Source: Planctomycetota bacterium (GTDB lineage Bacteria > Planctomycetota > SZUA-567 > H5-PLA8). Taken from it: a DNA stretch of 64,000 nt. The stretch spans positions 1 to 64,000 of the forward strand of contig BTVV01000016.1 in assembly GCA_045863855.1 (NCBI GenBank), written 5' to 3'. Shown piece after piece: positions 58,296-64,000 of this stretch. Position numbers and translations under genes: made by a program. Within the stretch, counting starts at the first letter, position 1. The number at the start of each line of letters is the position of its first letter. The notes beneath the pieces are model-generated. The model saw nothing but the letters and a program-made list of their open reading frames with translations. It did not search any database and was not told the origin of the DNA.

Positions 58296-60032
58296 CTAGC
58301 CGAGCGTGGCGTATAGGCGTTCGAGGAAGGCGCCGCGGGTTTCGCCGGCTCGGAAGGCGGCCGCGGTCTGTGCGGCGGCGTTGAAGCGGGCGGCTTCGCC
58401 TTCGGTGATGGGATCGTTCAGGCGGGCTTGCCAAGCGGGTTCGGCTCCGCGTAGCGCCGTCCATTGCAATCCTTTGAAGCCGCGGTCGACTGGCTTCGCA
58501 TCCTTGAAATAGATCAGCACGGCGCCTTGTTCGAGGAGCGCGCGCTGGATGCGTTCGATGGGGACGGCGGGAACGTGCGCGCCTTGCTGTACGGCGAGCG
58601 CGGCGGCAGCGCCGGCGGCTTGACCGAGCGCCATCCAGCACGGTTCCATGCGCAGGGTGCTGAAGCCGAGGTGCGTGCCGGAGACGGGGACGGGAATCAG
58701 CAGATTATCGATCTGCGAGGCGACGATGACGCCGTACGGGACGGTGTAGGGCTTGGTGGAGAGGCTGAGGAAGCCGTCGAGATGGCAGCGGCCGTCCTCG
58801 CGTTTACGGACGGCGTGCGAATCGATGGGGTAGTGGCTGGCGGTGATGCTGGCGGAATGGACAGGCGGGCGCGCGCCTTCCTGAATGGGCAGAGCGTCGT
58901 GGGCGGTGAAGAAGTAGCGGCCCTGGATGCGGCGGCCTTCGCGGACGTAGACCTGGCGCGGAAAGTGGGCGTTGTCGGTGTACTCGTCCTTGGCGAGGCC
59001 CCAGCGGCGGCACTTTTCGCGGAAGGCTTCGGGGAGGGCCGGATCGTTCTGCGCGAAGTAGAGCAGACCCAGCGAGTATTCCTTGAGACGTTGCGCGAAG
59101 GCGTCGCGCCAGGCCCAATCGGCGGTGGGCCAAGGGTAGTTCTCTTCGGGGAGGTCGGTGGAAATAAAGGCCTGGTGCTGGTTGTTGCTGTCGGTTTTGG
59201 CGTTGGGGAGGCGGACCATGTTGACGACGCGGCCGATGCCGTCGAATTCCAGTTCGCCCTGATAGGATCCGGTGATGCGGTTGAGCTTCACGTCGTCGGC
59301 GAGCGAAGCGAATTCTGCGCGGTCGTAGCGCGCGGGCATTTCGATGGGCACGCGGCGCGCGGGGTCGTCGGTGAGGCAGAGGCGGTAGTTGTAGGCCTGG
59401 ATTACGTCGTCGCCTTCGCCGGTGGAGCCCGGTCCGACTTCGCCGCCCCAGACCTTGTAGATGCGCCCGGCGAGGGGCTCTTTGAATTCGGCGTGGCCTT
59501 CGCGGCAGGTGCGAAACGGAACGCCGGCGGCGGCGGCGAGATCGCCTTCGTAGGTAGCGTCGACGAAGACCTTGCCGCAGTAGGTTTCGGCGTTTCCGGT
59601 GGCGCGTTCGGTGACGCGCAGGGCGGAAATCTTCGTTCCATCCACTTCAAGATTCGCGGGCCGCGCGTCGAACTGGCGCTCGAGGCGCACGGCGACCTTG
59701 GACTGTTCGGCGAGCATCGCAAGGAGCACTTTTTCGGCGACGGACGCTTCGAAGTGGTAACCGCCGGAACAGAGGCCGGCTTGTTCGGAATCGGGCCCGT
59801 AGGCCGCGGTGTAGTGCGCGCGGATGCGTTCGACGAATTCGACGAAGAGCCCGGCCGTCGCTCCGCGCGTGGCGATGTCGGTGGCGCCGAGGCCGTTGGC
59901 GGGCAGGCCGCCAATGTGCGACGTGCGTTCGAGGATGACGGCGGTCGATCCGGCTCGCGCGGCGGCGATGGCGGCCATGATGCCGCCCGGCGTGCCGCCC
60001 ACGATGACCACGTCGAACGATTCGCTGCGCAT
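58296..60032 (-). CDS. FAD-dependent oxidoreductase
   Basis: DVVIVGGTPGG, DATYEGDL, QAYNYRLC, YVREGRR, RMEPCWMALGQAAG. Confidence 0.9.
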   Translation of the reverse strand: MRSESFDVVIVGGTPGGIMAAIAAARAGSTAVILERTSHIGGLPANGLGATDIATRGATAGLFVEFVERIRAHYTAAYGPDSEQAGLCSGGYHFEASVAEKVLLAMLAEQSKVAVRLERQFDARPANLEVDGTKISALRVTERATGNAETYCGKVFVDATYEGDLAAAAGVPFRTCREGHAEFKEPLAGRIYKVWGGEVGPGSTGEGDDVIQAYNYRLCLTDDPARRVPIEMPARYDRAEFASLADDVKLNRITGSYQGELEFDGIGRVVNMVRLPNAKTDSNNQHQAFISTDLPEENYPWPTADWAWRDAFAQRLKEYSLGLLYFAQNDPALPEAFREKCRRWGLAKDEYTDNAHFPRQVYVREGRRIQGRYFFTAHDALPIQEGARPPVHSASITASHYPIDSHAVRKREDGRCHLDGFLSLSTKPYTVPYGVIVASQIDNLLIPVPVSGTHLGFSTLRMEPCWMALGQAAGAAAALAVQQGAHVPAVPIERIQRALLEQGAVLIYFKDAKPVDRGFKGLQWTALRGAEPAWQARLNDPITEGEAARFNAAAQTAAAFRAGETRGAFLERLYATLG

Positions 60033-60184
60033 GAGGCGTCTCCGGGTTGCAGTTTCGCGGCCGAGTCACTTTACGGGGAGGGGCGGAGGCGGAAAGGGAA
60101 AAGTGAAGCGTATGGGGTGAACGGTAGGCTGGATGCCGGTCGCGATCCTTGGGTGTTATCGTTTACGGATTACCTCGCCGCGCA

Positions 60185-61027
60185 TCACCCCAACTTGCGG
60201 TAAGCATCGGGCGTGCGTCCGACGTGCTGGCGAAAAACGCGGCAGAAGTAGTTGGCTCCGCTGAAGCCGCTGGCTCGCGCGATGGCTTCAAGTTTGGCGT
60301 CGCCTTCGAGCAACAAGCGTCGGGCATGGCGGAGCCGGTGCTGGACGAGGTAATCGGCGGGACTGACGCCTAGGGCTTCGCGGAAGGTGCGGGAGAGGTG
60401 TTCGCGCGAGACGCCCAAGTGTTTGGCGAGCGCATCGACGGAACAGTCGGGCTGCAGGCCGCGGGCGTGGATCAGCGCGGCGGCACGCTGGGCGAGCGGC
60501 GCGGCAGCGACGCGCTGGCGGTCGAGGCGGTGCAGGAGCGTCATCACCACTTCGTAAAGCTGCGAGGAGAGGCGGTAGCGGTCGTGGTGGCGCTGCTGCG
60601 CGTGCTGGTAGACGACGGTCTTGAGCAGCGGCGCAACGGGGTTGTCGGCGCCGAGGTGAACGACGCGGCCGTGGCGGCGCATCAGATCCCGCCAGACCAT
60701 TTCGACGGCCGGTCCGTTGAGGTCCAGCCAAGCGTGTTCGTAGACGTCGCGGGCCGGGACGGGGATGCCGTAGCGGAAATCGGCGGGCATCTCTTCGATG
60801 AAGGCCATGCCGGCCTTGAGGAGCGTGGTTTTGCCGTCGCGTTCGTAGAAGCCTTCGCCTCGCAAGGTGAGTTGGATCACAAAGTGCGGATCGCGGCGGC
60901 GGCTGGCATCGCGGAGGTAATCTTCGCCGGGCGCGAAGAGTTCGTGTCCGGCGCTGACGAGCCAGAAGAGCGGTTCGTCGGTGCGTACCCAAGGCGTACG
61001 GGGCGGGTTGTGGGCCAGATAGGGCAT
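60185..61027 (-). CDS. AraC family transcriptional regulator
   Basis: Cupin-like N-terminus. SREHLSRTF and SGF...NYFCRVFRQHVG.TP..YR. Confidence 0.93.
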   Translation of the reverse strand: MPYLAHNPPRTPWVRTDEPLFWLVSAGHELFAPGEDYLRDASRRRDPHFVIQLTLRGEGFYERDGKTTLLKAGMAFIEEMPADFRYGIPVPARDVYEHAWLDLNGPAVEMVWRDLMRRHGRVVHLGADNPVAPLLKTVVYQHAQQRHHDRYRLSSQLYEVVMTLLHRLDRQRVAAAPLAQRAAALIHARGLQPDCSVDALAKHLGVSREHLSRTFREALGVSPADYLVQHRLRHARRLLLEGDAKLEAIARASGFSGANYFCRVFRQHVGRTPDAYRKLG

Positions 61028-61170
61028 GGTTTATCCTTATCCCGAGGGATGTCCGTATCACAATTGTACTATCCTTGTCATAAGCCTGCTATTGCGGCTC
61101 GAGGCCGGAAGGGGGTTATTGAACGAACGGCCCAGACGCATCCCGTCCCCGCATCCCAGGAGTGGAAGCC

Positions 61171-61974
61171 ATGAAGCTGTCCTGCCAGGAAGGCTTGGCG
61201 CGCGAGAAGTCGTTCGCGGCGGCATTGCAGAAGCTGGAGCAGTACGGATTCGACGGCGTGGAGTTGGCGGGCGGCGCTCTGCACGACGAAGTTCAGCGCG
61301 CGGAGCGGGTGCGCATCCTTAAGGATAGCAAGGTGCGGCCGAGTTCGATCTGCGGCGGCTTTCAAGCTGAGATGGTGCATCCCGATCCGAAGAAGCGCGC
61401 GGTGTGCGTCGATACGCTGAAGCGGTTCCTGGATTTCTGCGGAGAGGTGGGCGCGACGGGTCCGATCACGGTGCCGATCTTCAACCACAACGACCGGCTG
61501 CCGGATCTCTCGCCGTACAAGACCCAGCACCAGCTCGAGAAGGAACTGCTCACGCATATCGTCGCGGATCTGGCGAAGCACGCCGAAGGCGCGGGTGCGT
61601 GCCTGTTGCTGGAGCCGCTGAACCGCTACGAATCGAACTCGCTGAAGAACGTGGAGGAAGCGGCGGAGATCTGCCGCGCGGTGGGCGGGAAGGGCGTGCG
61701 CGTGATGGCGGACTTCTTTCACATGCACATTGAACAGCCGAACTCGCCGGCGAGTTTCCGCGCGGTGGCCGACGTGTTGGGCCACGTGCATCTGGCCGAC
61801 AACACGCGGCAGGAGCCCGGAACGGGCGACATCGACTTCAAGGCTTCGTTCAAGGTTTTGAAGCAGGCGGGGTATACGGGCTACATGGCGTTCGAGTGCG
61901 GACTTTCGGACAAGCCGGAGATCGCGCTGCCCAAGGCGGTGAAGTATCTGAAGGCGTGCATCGCCGAGGCGTGA
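61171..61974 (+). CDS. Sugar phosphate isomerase/epimerase
   Basis: GFDGVEL, LEPLNRYE, ADFFHM, HVHLAD..R.EPG.G, AFEC. Confidence 0.9.
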   Translation: MKLSCQEGLAREKSFAAALQKLEQYGFDGVELAGGALHDEVQRAERVRILKDSKVRPSSICGGFQAEMVHPDPKKRAVCVDTLKRFLDFCGEVGATGPITVPIFNHNDRLPDLSPYKTQHQLEKELLTHIVADLAKHAEGAGACLLLEPLNRYESNSLKNVEEAAEICRAVGGKGVRVMADFFHMHIEQPNSPASFRAVADVLGHVHLADNTRQEPGTGDIDFKASFKVLKQAGYTGYMAFECGLSDKPEIALPKAVKYLKACIAEA

Positions 61975-62051
61975 GGTGCAATTCGTAAAAAGTAAACAGC
62001 AACACGGTGGGGCTGCTGGTTTGGGGTGGTGGGGCTTTCAAGGAGCTTGAG

Positions 62052-63032
62052 ATGGCCGGCGCGAAGAAATTGAAGATCGGGTTCGTGGGTGTGGGTGGGG
62101 TGGCGAAGTGGGCTCATTTGGGCCACCTTTCGACGTGGGAAGACGTGGAGTTGGCGGCGTTCTGCGACGTCAGCGAAGAAGCGGCGGGGAAGGCGGCGAA
62201 GCAGTACGGGGGGCAGGCGTTCACCGATACGAAAACGATGCTCGATACGGTCGCACTTGATGCGGCGTACGTTTGTGTGCCTCCGTTCGCGCACACGAAC
62301 CAGGAGTTGCTGATCGCGGAGCGCGGGATCGGTCTGTTCGTGGAAAAACCACTGGCGACGACGAACGCGAAGGCCTTGGAGATCGACGCGGCGGTGCGCA
62401 AGCACGGGATCGTGGCGGCGGTGGGGTACAACTGGCGCAGCACGGCGATCACGAAAGAAGCGCGCGCTCGCATGGCCGGCAAGAAAATATCGGCGGCGTA
62501 CGCGTTCTGGGTGGGCGGGTTCCCCGGGGCGATGTGGTGGCGGCAGCAAGCGCAGTCCGGCGGGCAGATGAACGAGCAGGCCACGCATGTGGTCGATATC
62601 GCGCGGCATCTGATCGGCGGGAAGGCCGTGAGCGTGTACGCGGCGGGCGCGAAGGGGATCGGCTCCAAGAAGTGGGAGAAGCACGACATCCACGACAACG
62701 TGATCGCGACGGTGACGTTCGACAACGGCGCGGTGCTCTGCGCCGGCACCGGTCATATCGCTCAGGGTTACCGCACAGGCGTCGATTTCTTGCTCGAAGA
62801 CCTGATCGTTACGCACAACAACGGCGAGTTGATCGTCAAGACGCCGGAGCGCGAAGAGAAGATCAAGAACACCAACCAGGCATATCAGGAAGAAGACCGC
62901 GCGTTCCTGGAGGCCGTGCGCAAGAAAGATCCTCAGGGCGTGTACTGCACGTACGCCGACGCGGCGGTGACGCACGAGATCTGCATGGCGGTGAATACGA
63001 GTCTGGAGACGGGCAAGGTGGTGGCGCTGTAG
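62052..63032 (+). CDS. Gfo/Idh/MocA family oxidoreductase
   Basis: VGVGGVA, FVEKP, SGGQMNEQATHVVD. AAGGAG RBS. Confidence 0.92.
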   Translation: MAGAKKLKIGFVGVGGVAKWAHLGHLSTWEDVELAAFCDVSEEAAGKAAKQYGGQAFTDTKTMLDTVALDAAYVCVPPFAHTNQELLIAERGIGLFVEKPLATTNAKALEIDAAVRKHGIVAAVGYNWRSTAITKEARARMAGKKISAAYAFWVGGFPGAMWWRQQAQSGGQMNEQATHVVDIARHLIGGKAVSVYAAGAKGIGSKKWEKHDIHDNVIATVTFDNGAVLCAGTGHIAQGYRTGVDFLLEDLIVTHNNGELIVKTPEREEKIKNTNQAYQEEDRAFLEAVRKKDPQGVYCTYADAAVTHEICMAVNTSLETGKVVAL

Positions 63033-63036
63033 CTTG

Positions 63037-63139
63037 TTTGGGATTGGAGTTTTTGGATTGGGCGGAACTTAAACACTAAATGGTTAAAATGGGGGCATGC
63101 AAAGATAGCGCTCCGCGCTCCAAAATCTCTAATCCCAAA
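63037..63139. repeat. Heptamer-based 21-bp inverted repeat between convergent genes
   Basis: TTTGGGATTGGAGTTTTTGGA (63037-63057) versus TCCAAAATCTCTAATCCCAAA (63119-63139), 19/21 complementary, around an AT-richer spacer. Confidence 0.7.
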
Positions 63140-63149
63140 TCCCACCGCT

Positions 63150-64000
63150 TCATCCCACAAATTCATAGGACGGGACGCCGGGGACTTCCATCTTAAAGTG
63201 GAAGAGATGACCTGCGTTGGGTTGGGCATTGAGGTCTTCGGGCTTGAGGTGTTCTTTCGCGGAGGTGATGTAAAGGTCGGTGAATTCGGGGCCGCCGAAA
63301 GCGCAAGAGGTGATGTTCTTTGCGCCGGGGATAAAGATCTCGCCGATCAACTGCCCGGTCTTCGGGTCGAAGCCGCAGACGCGCCCTCCGCCGAACATGG
63401 CGACCCAGAGGCGGTCTTGGCTGTCGATGGCCATGCCGTCGGGCCAACCTTTGTCTTCGGGCACGTTTACGACGGTGCGGCGCGTGGTGATGTTGCCGCT
63501 GCGCGGGTTGAAGTCGAACGCCTCGACCTTGCGTGTCGGTGTATCGATGTAGTACATCGTGCGGCTATCGGCGCTCCAGACGATCCCGTTGCTGCAAGTG
63601 ATGCCGTCGAGCATCTTGGTCCACTTTAGGTCGGGACCGATTCGGTAGAGTGCGGCGGCGCCATTGTCGAACTTGTAGGTGAGCGTGCCGACCCAGAAGC
63701 GGCCTTCGGGATCGCACTTGCCGTCATTGAAACGCGCGGTGGCGTCCACTTCGGGTATTTTCACCAGCATCTCGGTGCGCCCGGTCTCCGGATCGAGGCA
63801 TGCGATGCCCGGCTGGAGGGCGACGAGCAGTCCACCGCTGTTTCGGACGACCACGGTGCCGACGTGATGCTTGACGTCGAAGGCGCGGTTTTCGCCGCTT
63901 TGCGGTTCGTACTGAAAGACCTTGCCGCCCAGGATATCGACCCAGTAGAGCACTTCGTCGACGTGATCCCAGAGCGCGCCTTCGCCTAGATGAGCGCCTT
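63150..64000 (-). CDS. SMP-30/gluconolactonase family protein (5' end outside window)
   Basis: LGEGALWD, RFNDGKCDPEGRFW, SNGI.WS, PDGMAID, TSCAFGG. Confidence 0.93.
   Translation of the reverse strand, partial: GAHLGEGALWDHVDEVLYWVDILGGKVFQYEPQSGENRAFDVKHHVGTVVVRNSGGLLVALQPGIACLDPETGRTEMLVKIPEVDATARFNDGKCDPEGRFWVGTLTYKFDNGAAALYRIGPDLKWTKMLDGITCSNGIVWSADSRTMYYIDTPTRKVEAFDFNPRSGNITTRRTVVNVPEDKGWPDGMAIDSQDRLWVAMFGGGRVCGFDPKTGQLIGEIFIPGAKNITSCAFGGPEFTDLYITSAKEHLKPEDLNAQPNAGHLFHFKMEVPGVPSYEFVG

Noticed and set aside
58464..60203. 579-aa plus-strand ORF
   Set aside because: Codon-mirror shadow of the FAD oxidoreductase.
1..64000. CRISPR array, tRNA, rRNA, reverse transcriptase or IS transposase
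   Set aside because: No regularly spaced repeats, cloverleafs or such coding motifs were seen by eye.

Overview
High-GC bacterial chromosome segment. The gene content suggests a Planctomycetota/PVC-type genome (inference): expanded TMTC-like GT-C/TPR glycosyltransferases, several prepilin-type genes, Gfo/Idh/MocA and DUF6807 sugar loci. The first ~1.72 kb is lower in GC and is the end of a prophage, probably a Mu-like transposable phage. It carries a cro/ner-like XRE gene missing from the ORF track, three palindromic operators, an HTH-S24 repressor pointing at the end, short terminal repeats and a terminal CA. The insertion removes the 5' end of a TMTC-like gene. The rest is host DNA: five TMTC-like and two other GT-C-like genes, a giant PilX/GspK-like protein, two sugar-catabolic clusters, icd, an M3 peptidase, aspS, tyrA and purL/purQ. 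The most unusual host stretch is 22.9-35.3 kb. It holds a ~1900-aa PDZ/lectin-like membrane-anchored protein, a pseudopilin cassette interrupted by a His-rich membrane protein, and a minus-strand run encoding a FYVE-like zinc-finger tail-anchored protein, an apparently dead SGNH-like protein and an orphan RnfD/NqrB homolog lacking its canonical FMN-Thr and ion-site residues. No rRNA, tRNA or CRISPR array was recognised. All family calls are by-eye motif recognition, not database searches.
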